Source: Candidatus Peribacteria bacterium (GTDB lineage Bacteria > Patescibacteriota > Gracilibacteria > Peribacterales > Peribacteraceae). From it: a DNA stretch of 64,000 bases. The notes under the pieces are model-generated. The model did no database searches, was not told the origin of the DNA, and saw only the letters and a program-made list of their open reading frames with translations. Location of the stretch: contig JBEPVF010000001.1 of NCBI GenBank assembly GCA_041691135.1, forward strand, positions 64,001 through 128,000, written 5' to 3'. Shown here one piece after another: positions 49,033 to 58,927 of this stretch; within the stretch, counting starts at the first letter, position 1; the number at the start of each line of letters is the position of its first letter. A program made the position numbers and the translations under genes.

Positions 49033-50283
49033 GTCCCGAGTGATGGCCCGCTCATCCCACGGGATGCGGCCTTCCAATTTTGTCATAGTCGAGAACGGAC
49101 CCATACCGCAGATTGCGACCGCGTCGCCCGGCTTGGCAGCGCGCAGCAGAAAGTCGATCGCCTGGCGACGGTCGAAGATTTTGTGTGCATCACATTTTCG
49201 CTGATCGATACCGGCCCATACTTCTTCCAGGACTGTATGGGGATTCTCACCGTAGGTTTCGTCTTCGGTGGCAACTACTACATCGGCAAGCTCGCTGCAC
49301 ACATGTCCGATCTCCGGACGTTTCTCGCGCATACGGTTGCCACAGCTGCTGCAGAGAACCAGCACACGTCCGGCTTCGCCGACGATCTGACGCAGAGTTT
49401 GGAGGGTCTTGTAATACGCCTGCGGTGATACGGCGAAGTCGACATACACGCTGAATGGCTGGTCTTCGTCGATGCGTTCCAGACGGCCGGGCAATCCCGT
49501 GAAGGTAGAGAGAGCCGCGATCGATTGTTCGATGGGAATGTTGAGGGCAAAGCAACAGGAAACAGCGCACTGCGCATTCTCGATGTTGAATACGCCGGGC
49601 AGATGTAAACTCAAATGGAATTCGTGGTCACGATAATGCAGCGTCGCCTCGGAACCGCCGACAGTGGTCTGCACGTCCGTTGCCCACAGATCCGCATTTT
49701 CGTCATTGTAGACGAGCGTCTTCACGGTCGGAATTTTTGCGTACAGTCTGTAGCTCGGGTCCCCGCCGTTGAGTATTTTTGCCCCGGCGCTGCGCAACAT
49801 GGCAAAAATGAGTCCCTTGTCGGCGCGGTACTGATCCATAGTCCGGTGATAATCCAAATGTTCCATGCTTGTGTTGGTGATGGCCGATACCTGCGGCCAT
49901 GTGTAAGAAACGCGTCCCTGTACCAGACCGTGCGATGACATTTCAATCACGGCGTGCGTACAACCCTCGCGGACCATTCGGCGCAATAACTCCTGCAGCC
50001 GAAACGGACTGAGTGATGTCAGATGCGTATCATTCGGCACGATCACATCCTTGATGCGCAAAAATGCGGTGGAAGCGGCACCTACTTTCACGCCGAGTGC
50101 ATGCAGAATATGTGCAGTCATACCCACCGTCGTGGTTTTACCATCCGTACCGGTAATGCCGATCACCGTCAGGTTACGTGCCGGAAATCCATAGCGCGCC
50201 GCGGCCACAAATGCTTTGGTACGATGCCAACCGAGGCGAAGCGGATGCCGTTGGGGAATCAATTTCTGAAGCGAATTGAGCAT
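49006..50283 (-). CDS. murE: UDP-MurNAc-tripeptide ligase (MurE-like)
   Basis: GITGTDGKTTT, EMSSHG, EHLDYH, GRLE, VDFA. Confidence 0.85.
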   Translation of the reverse strand: MLNSLQKLIPQRHPLRLGWHRTKAFVAAARYGFPARNLTVIGITGTDGKTTTVGMTAHILHALGVKVGAASTAFLRIKDVIVPNDTHLTSLSPFRLQELLRRMVREGCTHAVIEMSSHGLVQGRVSYTWPQVSAITNTSMEHLDYHRTMDQYRADKGLIFAMLRSAGAKILNGGDPSYRLYAKIPTVKTLVYNDENADLWATDVQTTVGGSEATLHYRDHEFHLSLHLPGVFNIENAQCAVSCCFALNIPIEQSIAALSTFTGLPGRLERIDEDQPFSVYVDFAVSPQAYYKTLQTLRQIVGEAGRVLVLCSSCGNRMREKRPEIGHVCSELADVVVATEDETYGENPHTVLEEVWAGIDQRKCDAHKIFDRRQAIDFLLRAAKPGDAVAICGMGPFSTMTKLEGRIPWDERAITRDLLRTLGKA

Positions 50284-50285
50284 AC

Positions 50286-50675
50286 TCAGACAGCTAGGAT
50301 AGCACGTGCCTGTTCCACATCCGCATGAATCTGTTCGATGAGCAATTCTTTGGTGGCGAAGTCCCGTACCTCGCGCAGGTAGGCAATCATTTCCAGATGG
50401 ACGACGGAGGGTGCATCGGCAATTTCTCGGTCGAGTACATGGATTTCGAACGCAGCGGTATCGTTGAAGACAGGTCGGGGGCCGTAATGCACCGCGGCCT
50501 GGTAGTACGCCGTGTGTCCCTCAAATTGCACGAGGCACGCATAAATTCCTTCCTTCAGTGAAGGAGGGACCGATGTCAGGTCAAGGTTCAATGTGGGAGT
50601 GCCCATGGTCCTTCCGCGTCCGGCTCCGGAAATAACGGGCGCCGAAAAGAGGACAGGCGTGGGAAGCATTTGCAT
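50286..50675 (-). CDS. Monofunctional riboflavin kinase
   Basis: GRGRTMGTPTLN, GIYA, GPRPVF, EIHVLD, LIEQIHADV. Confidence 0.88.
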   Translation of the reverse strand: MQMLPTPVLFSAPVISGAGRGRTMGTPTLNLDLTSVPPSLKEGIYACLVQFEGHTAYYQAAVHYGPRPVFNDTAAFEIHVLDREIADAPSVVHLEMIAYLREVRDFATKELLIEQIHADVEQARAILAV

Positions 50676-50712
50676 GCGAGTACCTTAAATGACTCAGTCG
50701 AAATTGCCAATA

Positions 50713-51027
50713 CTAGGCGGCCTTCGCCATCGGAATAAACGGGACCGCTGCCAGTCCGGTCAGTGCTGCCTTGCCGCCGAATGTAAGGACTTCGTAGACG
50801 GAGTTGGCGGTAGTTGCAGCTATCTCTGATGCAATTGTAAAACCCGCTTGCGCCAACACTTCTGTAGTGCGCACAGCCGTATCACTCGCGGCATCGGCAA
50901 AGGTGCTTAGTTGAAATACGCTGTCCGGTCCTCCCTTCACAATTTTTTCCGGCAAGGGCGCCGCGATATACTTCACGCTCTCGAATGCGCTTTGGACGAT
51001 CCGTTCCGGAAGTCGCTCGAGGCTCAT
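50713..51027 (-). CDS. Hypothetical protein
   Basis: Ala-rich ORF co-oriented with its neighbours. Confidence 0.55.
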   Translation of the reverse strand: MSLERLPERIVQSAFESVKYIAAPLPEKIVKGGPDSVFQLSTFADAASDTAVRTTEVLAQAGFTIASEIAATTANSVYEVLTFGGKAALTGLAAVPFIPMAKAA

Positions 51028-51063
51028 GTATAATATTATAAAACAAATATTATAAATAAGCAA

Positions 51064-52095
51064 TTATTTGCCGGCTTTCCTTGCACGGGCGCTATCAGCC
51101 AATGATTGTGCATATCCTTGTAACTGCGTGGCGGAGTGCGGAAGTTCGGGTGACAATTTTTTGGCCTGCGATCCCAAGTACCAGGCATCGCCAGATAACT
51201 TGATCACATCATCAAATTTATTATCGAGGCCGGCGCGATAGGCACGCACAAGTGCGCGGAATCCTTCGGCCAGTTTGACGGTCGATTTTACGCCTCCTTC
51301 GTCGGGAGCGCTGGTGAGTGCACCGCGTGCGCCAATCAATGCCCGCGCCGATGCATACTCGGCTTCTTTGATATCGCTTTTCTCCAGCGCATTCAGCACG
51401 TTCACGATGTCCGCTTGCGCATTGTTCACCAATTGCTGTGCCGTCTTGCCCTCTCTATAAAGGAAGAAGCGGTACATCAATGCGGCGACATCAATGCGAG
51501 TCAGTTCCCGAGCTGCTCCGTACGTTCCGTTGGCCGCCGGCGTCGTGACAGCCGTCGAGACGGCATACCGGAAGAAGGGATAATACCAGGCAGTGGTATC
51601 CGTCACATCCGAGGCGAGGGGCAATTGGATTTCGCTGTACGAATTAGGGTCCACATCGTAGGCCAGGAACATTAATTTCAGGAACTCAGCTTTCGTCACC
51701 GGACGCGTGCCGTGGAACAACGTTGTCTTGGGCGGGCCGTCCAGAATGCGCAGCTGTTGCCGTGCCCACTCGACGTATGGCACGTACCAGTCGCCGTCAT
51801 TCACGTCCGTGTACACGCTCTTGCCGATTTTTTTCTGTTCGGTATCGGTCATGAACGGCTCGGCAATAATTTTGATGGCCTCGGCCCGATTTACTTTTTT
51901 AGCCGGCTGGAACGTTCCATCATCGTAGCCGTTTAGAATGCCTTTCTCCTTTAGGTATTCTACCGCTTCGAATCCGAAGTCTCCCGGCTTCACATCGCTG
52001 AACGAACCCGATGTGGCAGCCACAACTGTCCCTGTTGAGGTGGTGAACAAAACGACTGCTAGGGCGGCACTGCAGAGTTTCTGGGCACGAAGCAT
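51064..52095 (-). CDS. S-layer homology domain protein
   Basis: Signal peptide; FSDV, GYDDGTFQP..VNRAEA SLH motifs. Confidence 0.88.
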   Translation of the reverse strand: MLRAQKLCSAALAVVLFTTSTGTVVAATSGSFSDVKPGDFGFEAVEYLKEKGILNGYDDGTFQPAKKVNRAEAIKIIAEPFMTDTEQKKIGKSVYTDVNDGDWYVPYVEWARQQLRILDGPPKTTLFHGTRPVTKAEFLKLMFLAYDVDPNSYSEIQLPLASDVTDTTAWYYPFFRYAVSTAVTTPAANGTYGAARELTRIDVAALMYRFFLYREGKTAQQLVNNAQADIVNVLNALEKSDIKEAEYASARALIGARGALTSAPDEGGVKSTVKLAEGFRALVRAYRAGLDNKFDDVIKLSGDAWYLGSQAKKLSPELPHSATQLQGYAQSLADSARARKAGK

Positions 52096-52217
52096 ACGTA
52101 AAACGGGAGGAAGTACGGATGAGGGTATCAGAAGAACCGGAATTTTTGTCGGGAAAAAAAGGAAAATTATTGTATGAAAAAAAGCACAGTTCATCAAACA
52201 CTGCGAGGCTTGAATCT

Positions 52218-53075
52218 CTACTTCTTTTGATAGATTCCGTAAAAAGCCGATACAACACGGTTTGCCAGTTTATTGTGCCTGAAAAGGATGTCGGTGTACT
52301 TGATCCAGAACGTCAGCCAACCCCAACCGATCAGACCGATTTCGTACAATTTGTAATTGCCGAACGATGTAAGGATGGCCAGATACTCGCGGAGCATCCA
52401 CGACAGCATTGATGCCGGCCCAACGGAAATGCCGAAGGCAAGTTCCTTATATTCTTTCAATAATTCCTTCATGCCGCTCTGGGTGTATCGCTGATAATCG
52501 TCCGGCACCGCATGGAAGGGCTGCAGAAAAGGCAACTTGATGTACAGATAACCGCCCGGCTTTAACACACGTTCGATCTCGGCCATCACTTTGGTCGGAT
52601 TGCGGATATGCTCCAGGACATTCTTGAACAGAATCACTTCGATGCTTCCATCTTTGAAGGGCAACTCATGCGCATCGGCGACGATGTCCACCGATGTGTA
52701 ATAACTGATGTCGAGGTTGATGATATGCGGATGCAGTTCGCTCAGATTTCCGGATAATGATCCGATGTTCAGTACTTTCAAATCCTTATGCTGCTGCAGG
52801 AACGTTTTGAGTTCCTTCCCCTCGCCATAGGATGGCGTGAGCGTATTGAAATAGACCGAGTGGTGTGGAGCGCGAAAAACTTTGAGTACTTTTCGAAGAG
52901 TCGATTTTTTGTGTTGATGCGATGCTACTGCATGTGTCTGTACATCGGGGACAAAGATCGGAACATCGCCATGCAGCGGATATTCCTTGTTGCAGCTCGT
53001 GCATCGGATTATTGATTCCTCAAAATCAAGTGAGCCGCGGCAGGCAGGACATAACAAAGTATCGCGATCAATCAT
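52218..53075 (-). CDS. SAM-dependent methyltransferase with N-terminal Trm112-like zinc ribbon
   Basis: CPAC...CTSC; VLNIGS, ADAHELPF, VLEH, VLKPGG, PDDYQRYT. Confidence 0.88.
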   Translation of the reverse strand: MIDRDTLLCPACRGSLDFEESIIRCTSCNKEYPLHGDVPIFVPDVQTHAVASHQHKKSTLRKVLKVFRAPHHSVYFNTLTPSYGEGKELKTFLQQHKDLKVLNIGSLSGNLSELHPHIINLDISYYTSVDIVADAHELPFKDGSIEVILFKNVLEHIRNPTKVMAEIERVLKPGGYLYIKLPFLQPFHAVPDDYQRYTQSGMKELLKEYKELAFGISVGPASMLSWMLREYLAILTSFGNYKLYEIGLIGWGWLTFWIKYTDILFRHNKLANRVVSAFYGIYQKK

Positions 53076-53146
53076 GGCCGGAGTGTACCCGAGCAGTCAG
53101 ACGATGCTAAGGAATTTAAACTTGCCGGGTAGGTCATACAACTAGC

Positions 53147-53175
53147 GTCCACCTTCGCCAAGACTACGGTGGACA
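53147..53175. repeat. REP-like palindrome next to the tRNA-Ser 3' end
   Basis: GTCCACC-ttcgccaagactac-GGTGGAC. Confidence 0.5.
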
Positions 53176-53182
53176 CGAAGGT

Positions 53183-53272
53183 TGGCGGAAGGGGAGAGAT
53201 TCGAACTCTCGAGACCCTTGCGGATCTAACGGTTTTCAAGACCGTCGCCATAGACCACTCGGCCACCCTTCC
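53183..53272 (-). tRNA. tRNA-Ser(TGA)
   Basis: GGAAGGG/CCTTCC acceptor stem, ACGGT-CTTGAAA-ACCGT anticodon arm, long variable arm, encoded CCA. Confidence 0.95.
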
Positions 53273-53325
53273 GTTGGAGGCATTGTTGCATAGAGACAGA
53301 TATATTTCACTCTTTCCCGTTGGGC

Positions 53326-55614
53326 TTAGTCGTTACTGAGCATTTCGCGCAGTTTGTTGTTATCCGGAAGCTCATTCACTGGGCACGTACGCCGGCGCCA
53401 TTCTTCACGAAGCGCTTCCAGATAGCCTTTTTCGATGCCTATTCGCTGCACATACGCTTTAGCCGAGTCAAAGAAACGGCTGGTTCTGGAGTTCTGGAGC
53501 ATGGCGAATACCGATGTGACGAACGCATCCTCGCCGCCGCTTACCTCTTTATGCATTTCGTCTTGTACGGCGTCCATAATACTGTCGACGTCCAAACCGG
53601 CCAGGAACTTCAAGTCTTTATCAGTTCCTGACGGGAAATAGTGATTCACTCCCAGGCGGCGCAAACTACAGGGCAATTGGAAGTCGGCGATCACATCGGC
53701 CACTTGGGTGGCAAGTCCGCCTTCACTGTGGTGATCTTCGACGACGACGAGATGGCGTGTTTCTAATCCAGCTTGAATAATGGCGCTCGAGTCGAGCGGG
53801 CGAATGCAGCCGACGTTCAGAACGCGGATGCGAATTTTTTCTTCCTTCCATAAAATATCAGCAGCTGCGACAGCATCGTGAACAGGAATGCCGGTCGCAA
53901 TGATCGTCACCTGGTCGGTAATATCACCAGCCCCCCGCACAATGTCGGCATGTCCGTCAAAAATATAATCTTGGTTGTAAATGAGTTCGCCGTCGGGAGT
54001 TTTGAGTTGCTCGTGACCCGAACGCGCCGAAAAGACGTACACGCTCTGACGGCCTTCCACCACTAGTTCCAATGCACGTTCCGCCGCGGCCGCCGCCTGG
54101 TTGCTGTCGCCGGGCATCCAGATCTGTGTGTTGTCGAAGGGAATATTCAAGTAATTGCGCTCCTGGTGTGTTTCGCCGTCTTCACCGACGCTCAAGCCGG
54201 AGTGCGTGCAATCATGTAACACCGAACACGGAGTATGGGCTGAATTGATATCGATGAGTCGCGCATTTGCCCGTGCTTCGTTGGTGCCGAACGCGGCGAA
54301 CGTATAGGTGAGGGCGAGCATGCCCGACTGTCGCAAGCCGGCTGCCATCATGTACATATTCGCTTCGGCCGCTCCGCAGTTGACCACACGAGTCGGAAAT
54401 TCATGCTCCACTTTGTCGAACCCGCCGGATCCGGCTAGGTCGCCATGCAGGACAATAATGCGCTCGTCGGTTTTCATCAGATTGCGGATATGCACGGCGC
54501 CGAAATCTTTTCGCACCGCTCCTTTCTCGGTGGTGATTTCACGCGGAGCTTTGAGGAGGGGCGAGAGGGGAGACCGCTTGAATGGAACATTTTTTTTACC
54601 GAGTGCCTGACGGTACGGTTCGTAATCTTTGGTCACTTGCTCCAGGGTCGGAAGCTTGGCAAGTTCAACATCGGCCAATTCTTTCTTCATTGGCGAGCCG
54701 TGATATTCGGCCGAGCCTTTATTCGCTGCGTCCATCATCGGCTGAATGTCGTAGCCCATCGTCGTGTAGTAGCACAGAAAAATGGGGCGTCCCTTGCCCA
54801 CGAGTCCCGCTGCGTACTGCAGAGCGGCTTCCACCTGAGCCGGGTCGTTGCCGTTCTGCACTTCGATCACCGCCCATCCCATCGCCTGGAAAATGGCAGC
54901 CAAGTCACTGGCGGCGACTTTCGACGGGATGTCGCTCAACTGAATGTCATTCACATCCGCATGCAGCATCAAATGATCGAGCTTGTGCTTGGACGCGATG
55001 CGTGCCGCTTCCATGATCTGTCCCTCTTGTGAGTCGCCGTCACCCATCAGCACATCCGTGATGCCGTCCCGTCCTTGTAACTGCCAGCCCAAGGCATGGC
55101 CCACGCCGCTGCTTAGTCCTTTGCCAAGCGGGCCGAAACCAAATGGGATGTCGCCCACACCGGCTTCCACATGACCGGGGAGTCCGTCCGGCACACGGAA
55201 GTAATCGATGATGGCCTGTGGTGACGCGAGCCTCGGATCGTCAACGCCTTTGCCTGATAGATACTGCAAACCATAACCGAGCAGTGACAGGTGCCCGGCA
55301 CTCATGCGCAGCGCCGCATCCTTGTGCGGATCGCGGTGCCGTGCGATGCCGTACGCAAATGTGAAAGCTGACAGCGGCCCGCCGGGATGTCCGGACTGGT
55401 GTTTGAGGGGAGCACTTATGCACAGATGCTTCATGATGGTATGAGCCAACGCATACGCGCGCCGGTCACTTTCGTTCAGAGGAAGCGCTTCATCGGGTCC
55501 GATCCAGACAGTCTCGATTTCGGATTCAACGCCGAGCACTCGCTGTGCAGAAAAGGGAACAACGGAGGAGTCTTGCCCGACAATTGCCGAGCGTGGTGGT
55601 CGTGTTCGTGGCAT
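53326..55614 (-). CDS. tkt: Transketolase (single chain, divergent)
   Basis: SGHPGG, SAGH, GDGDSQEG TPP motif, GEDGETHQ, VVEDH..EGG. Confidence 0.85.
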   Translation of the reverse strand: MPRTRPPRSAIVGQDSSVVPFSAQRVLGVESEIETVWIGPDEALPLNESDRRAYALAHTIMKHLCISAPLKHQSGHPGGPLSAFTFAYGIARHRDPHKDAALRMSAGHLSLLGYGLQYLSGKGVDDPRLASPQAIIDYFRVPDGLPGHVEAGVGDIPFGFGPLGKGLSSGVGHALGWQLQGRDGITDVLMGDGDSQEGQIMEAARIASKHKLDHLMLHADVNDIQLSDIPSKVAASDLAAIFQAMGWAVIEVQNGNDPAQVEAALQYAAGLVGKGRPIFLCYYTTMGYDIQPMMDAANKGSAEYHGSPMKKELADVELAKLPTLEQVTKDYEPYRQALGKKNVPFKRSPLSPLLKAPREITTEKGAVRKDFGAVHIRNLMKTDERIIVLHGDLAGSGGFDKVEHEFPTRVVNCGAAEANMYMMAAGLRQSGMLALTYTFAAFGTNEARANARLIDINSAHTPCSVLHDCTHSGLSVGEDGETHQERNYLNIPFDNTQIWMPGDSNQAAAAAERALELVVEGRQSVYVFSARSGHEQLKTPDGELIYNQDYIFDGHADIVRGAGDITDQVTIIATGIPVHDAVAAADILWKEEKIRIRVLNVGCIRPLDSSAIIQAGLETRHLVVVEDHHSEGGLATQVADVIADFQLPCSLRRLGVNHYFPSGTDKDLKFLAGLDVDSIMDAVQDEMHKEVSGGEDAFVTSVFAMLQNSRTSRFFDSAKAYVQRIGIEKGYLEALREEWRRRTCPVNELPDNNKLREMLSND

Positions 55615-55674
55615 ATCCCGAGTGTAAGTGCCGCTCTTGTCATGGTAAAGACACATTTCTTTCGTTTATATGTA

Positions 55675-55989
55675 ATGAATACCAAAACTGCCCGTCAAAA
55701 TATATACATGCCCACTGATGCGTACTTTGTCGGCAAAATCCGTGACATGATTCAGCAGAAAGAGTCCATCGAACGCAAAATCGAAAGCCTTAGAGGCGAT
55801 TTTAATGGATTGTCGCCCACGAGCAGTGATAGCTCAATCAAATCTCGAAAAGACCAAAAGAAGAAAGAGCTCTATTCGGCCCAACAGGAACTTGTGACCC
55901 ATCTGCGGACGTCTTTGGAACTACTTCGCGATGAACAGAGAACGTTGGACGCTGAAGTGAGAGAGACCCAAACAGCGATGGTTGTCTAA
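55675..55989 (+). CDS. Coiled-coil hypothetical protein
   Basis: Charged heptad-like ORF; start is uncertain. Confidence 0.55.
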   Translation: MNTKTARQNIYMPTDAYFVGKIRDMIQQKESIERKIESLRGDFNGLSPTSSDSSIKSRKDQKKKELYSAQQELVTHLRTSLELLRDEQRTLDAEVRETQTAMVV

Positions 55990-56005
55990 ATGCAGAGCGC
56001 TGTTC

Positions 56006-56839
56006 CTATTCTTTCCTTTTGACGATCATCATCACGCGTCTGCCGCTGTGAATTTCCTGATTCGTGTTGTTCCAGTCGTGGATGGCATCGAACAGAACGT
56101 GGTATGGATATTCGTACCCTTCGCCGACCCGGGTGCCGACGTCGTTGGTGACGAAGTTTTGCGCATCATATCCGGTAATGACGAGCATGTGATACCACGG
56201 TCCCTGTCCCCGGTAGTGTGGATTACCGATATCGCGTCCGGCCAACGGCACGATGATCGGATGACCTGCGGCCAGCAGGCTTTTCATGTCATCAATAGTA
56301 AAGTCGTAAAAGAGTTCGGTGTCGTACCCCAAATACTCTTTCGCCACTTTGCTCAGTTGTTCGATGGTGATGTCCGCACTGTAGCCAAACGTATCATTTT
56401 CAACTTTCACCAGATTGACGATTTCTTTGTCCATCTGATCAGCGGTGATCGATTTTCCTTGCAAATAATGATCGAGCAGAATCAATGACGCTTCCTCGCA
56501 CGCTTCCTGATACGGAAGATCCCAATTGCCTTTGGGTGCCTGTGTCATGAACGGCACTTGAATGCGAATGGAAGGCGGCAGGGACTCGACTACAGCTGGA
56601 GAAGCAGTGTGTCCGGCGGTTGTCCCGCTCTCGGATAAATAATCGCCCACCGTGACGGCCGATCCGATTCCATTTCCCGTCAGGTTGTCGACCGTTCTCT
56701 GCGCCTCTTGTACAAGCGGAAAATCGTACACGACGTTCTTCGCGTACGGATGGCGGTGGAACCAGATGATGGTACTGATGACGATGAGCAGAAGGATAAT
56801 GACAGCGGGCCACAAATGCATGCGTCGACGGAGATTCAT
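56006..56839 (-). CDS. Peptidase C39-like protein
   Basis: VPFMTQAP, QEACEEASL, YHMLVITGYD, TNDVGT. Confidence 0.85.
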   Translation of the reverse strand: MNLRRRMHLWPAVIILLLIVISTIIWFHRHPYAKNVVYDFPLVQEAQRTVDNLTGNGIGSAVTVGDYLSESGTTAGHTASPAVVESLPPSIRIQVPFMTQAPKGNWDLPYQEACEEASLILLDHYLQGKSITADQMDKEIVNLVKVENDTFGYSADITIEQLSKVAKEYLGYDTELFYDFTIDDMKSLLAAGHPIIVPLAGRDIGNPHYRGQGPWYHMLVITGYDAQNFVTNDVGTRVGEGYEYPYHVLFDAIHDWNNTNQEIHSGRRVMMIVKRKE

Positions 56840-56900
56840 AGTAGAAGTGGACGGAGGAAGTGCTGCACTCTTTCGCTTCCAAATGTGCGGGGTATTTGGC

Positions 56901-56925
56901 GTAAGGGAGAGAGCAATTGTACGTC
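56901..56925 (+). promoter_or_regulatory. Putative ECF-type promoter GTAAG-N16-CGTC upstream of the SLH-cupredoxin gene
   Basis: GTAAG ggagagagcaattgta CGTC. Confidence 0.5.
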
Positions 56926-56984
56926 CCATACGACGTGCAAGCGAATGCTTTATCTGTACACCTGTTCCTCTTTCCTCACTTGTT

Positions 56985-58073
56985 ATGAAAACCTCCACCT
57001 CCCTGCTTTTCATACTCAGCTTGGCGCTCGTTGCAGGTGCTCTCCAGCCGGTCGGCACGGCCATAGCGAACGCCATCGCTTTTACGGATGTTCCTGCTGA
57101 TGCCTGGTATCGGAGTGATGTAGAGGCTGCCGTGGAGCTCGGTGTTATTACCGGCTACAAAGATGCTAGTGGCGGCTTCACCGGCTTTTTCAAACCCGCA
57201 GATCCGGTGACTGTCGGTGAGGCACTCAAGATTGCCGTGCTGAGCGCAGGCTATGATACAAGCCGCTACGCCTCTCCCGTCGGCGATTATTGGACTGTTC
57301 CGTATCTGTACGTGGCGAATGACAATCATTTCAGTCTGTATGTGTCAGGCAATCCACCGTCGACGAATGCGCCTGCAACGCGTGCTCAAGTGGCGGCATT
57401 GATTGCCGATGCATTTAGGGTGAATCAGACTATAGCTGCCGATCAGACATTCTATCCCGATGTGGACGCCAGCACTTCGTATGCCCCGGCAATTGCAGCG
57501 CTCACGCGCGATGGAGTGGTGCGCGGCGACGGGAATATGCAGGGGCAAACCGCTGCGCACTTTCGGCCCTACGATCACATTTCGCGCGCCGAGATGGTGA
57601 CGGTCGCCATGCGTGCAAAAGCCAAATATGGCTCGGTAAGTTCCAGTCGAAGTTCCGTTTCAATGTCTTCCATATCCAACTCTTCACGCAGCAGCATCGC
57701 ATCTTCCATGCCCTCTTCGTCTTCCTCTTTGACTATCTCAAATTCCAGTTCGCTGAGCGTAGACCAAGGCAATCCGGCTTCGTCGGCCAGCTCCTCGACG
57801 GCTGCCATTCTCGAACAATCGATCACGTATTCGGACAGCGGGTTTAGTCCTTCCATGGTATCGGTGCCAGCCGGAACCAAGATCACCTTTGTGAACGAAA
57901 GCAGCAGTCAGATAACACTGACGGCTGATAAGAACCAGTCGGCGGCCGGTTTTGCAACTTCCAACCAGCTCTTTTCGGGTGATACGTATTCTTTCACGTT
58001 TACCCAAACGGGTACCTTCGGCTACCATAACGCCGCTAAGCCTTCCGATACGGGTACCGTTATCGTGAAGTAA
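56985..58073 (+). CDS. SLH-domain protein with Ser-rich linker and C-terminal cupredoxin-like domain
   Basis: FTDVPADAWY; SLH repeats; GFSPSMVSVPAGTKITFVN...YSFTF...GTFGYH...GTVIVK. Confidence 0.85.
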   Translation: MKTSTSLLFILSLALVAGALQPVGTAIANAIAFTDVPADAWYRSDVEAAVELGVITGYKDASGGFTGFFKPADPVTVGEALKIAVLSAGYDTSRYASPVGDYWTVPYLYVANDNHFSLYVSGNPPSTNAPATRAQVAALIADAFRVNQTIAADQTFYPDVDASTSYAPAIAALTRDGVVRGDGNMQGQTAAHFRPYDHISRAEMVTVAMRAKAKYGSVSSSRSSVSMSSISNSSRSSIASSMPSSSSSLTISNSSSLSVDQGNPASSASSSTAAILEQSITYSDSGFSPSMVSVPAGTKITFVNESSSQITLTADKNQSAAGFATSNQLFSGDTYSFTFTQTGTFGYHNAAKPSDTGTVIVK

Positions 58074-58138
58074 AGTAGCTGCGATAGAGGATGTTGTCGC
58101 ACTGCCGCAAAGCGTTTTGCTTCATTTCCTCTCTTCGT

Positions 58139-58780
58139 ATGAAACTCTTCATGGACACGGCGAACGTGGCACAGGTTGCCGAAGTAGCCGGATGGGGCGT
58201 CCTGGATGGCGTTACCACCAATCCGTCTCTTGTTCTAAAAGAAGGAAAAGATTTCAAAGCGACGGTACTTGAGATGTGCAAGCACGTGCCGAATGTGAGT
58301 GCGCAGGTAACCGCTACCGATCTCGAAGGTATGAAAAAGCAGGGAGAGGAGTACGCCAGTTGGCACAAGCATGTTGTGGTGAAAGTGCCGATGACCGTCG
58401 AAGGACTGAAGGCCGTGTCGTATTTTTCGTCGAAAGGAATTCGGACCAATGTCACGCTCGTATTCTCAACGGCGCAGGCGATCCTCGCCGCCAAAGCGGG
58501 GGCCAGCATTATCAGCCCTTTCATCGGCCGGCTCGACGACATCAGCGAAGACGGCATGCAGCTCATCGCCGAAATCATGGAAGTCTGGAATCACTCTGCA
58601 TTCGCCACCGAAGTGTTGGTAGCATCCGTTCGCCATCCGCGTCACGTGGTGGATGCCGCGCGTCTGGGTGCTCATATCGCCACTGTTCCCTATGATGTCT
58701 TCCAAAAATTGCCGCAGCACACGCTCACCGATAACGGTTTGAAGAAATTTTTGAGTGATTGGGAAAAGGTGAGTAAATAG
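58139..58780 (+). CDS. Transaldolase / fructose-6-phosphate aldolase
   Basis: LFMDTAN, GVTTNPSL, VVKVP, NVTLVFS, SPFIGRLDD, ASVR. Confidence 0.95.
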   Translation: MKLFMDTANVAQVAEVAGWGVLDGVTTNPSLVLKEGKDFKATVLEMCKHVPNVSAQVTATDLEGMKKQGEEYASWHKHVVVKVPMTVEGLKAVSYFSSKGIRTNVTLVFSTAQAILAAKAGASIISPFIGRLDDISEDGMQLIAEIMEVWNHSAFATEVLVASVRHPRHVVDAARLGAHIATVPYDVFQKLPQHTLTDNGLKKFLSDWEKVSK

Positions 58781-58927
58781 CTGCTCGCCCCCTGATCATT
58801 CAGAAAATTTAGCAGGGCGCTGTCGCTTTCTACGCGGACAAGTGGCAGCAAGTCGATTCATCGTGTGCTTCATCTTTTCTTTGCTGCACTTGTAGCCCCC
58901 TGCCCACACCTTGTACGATCAAGACAT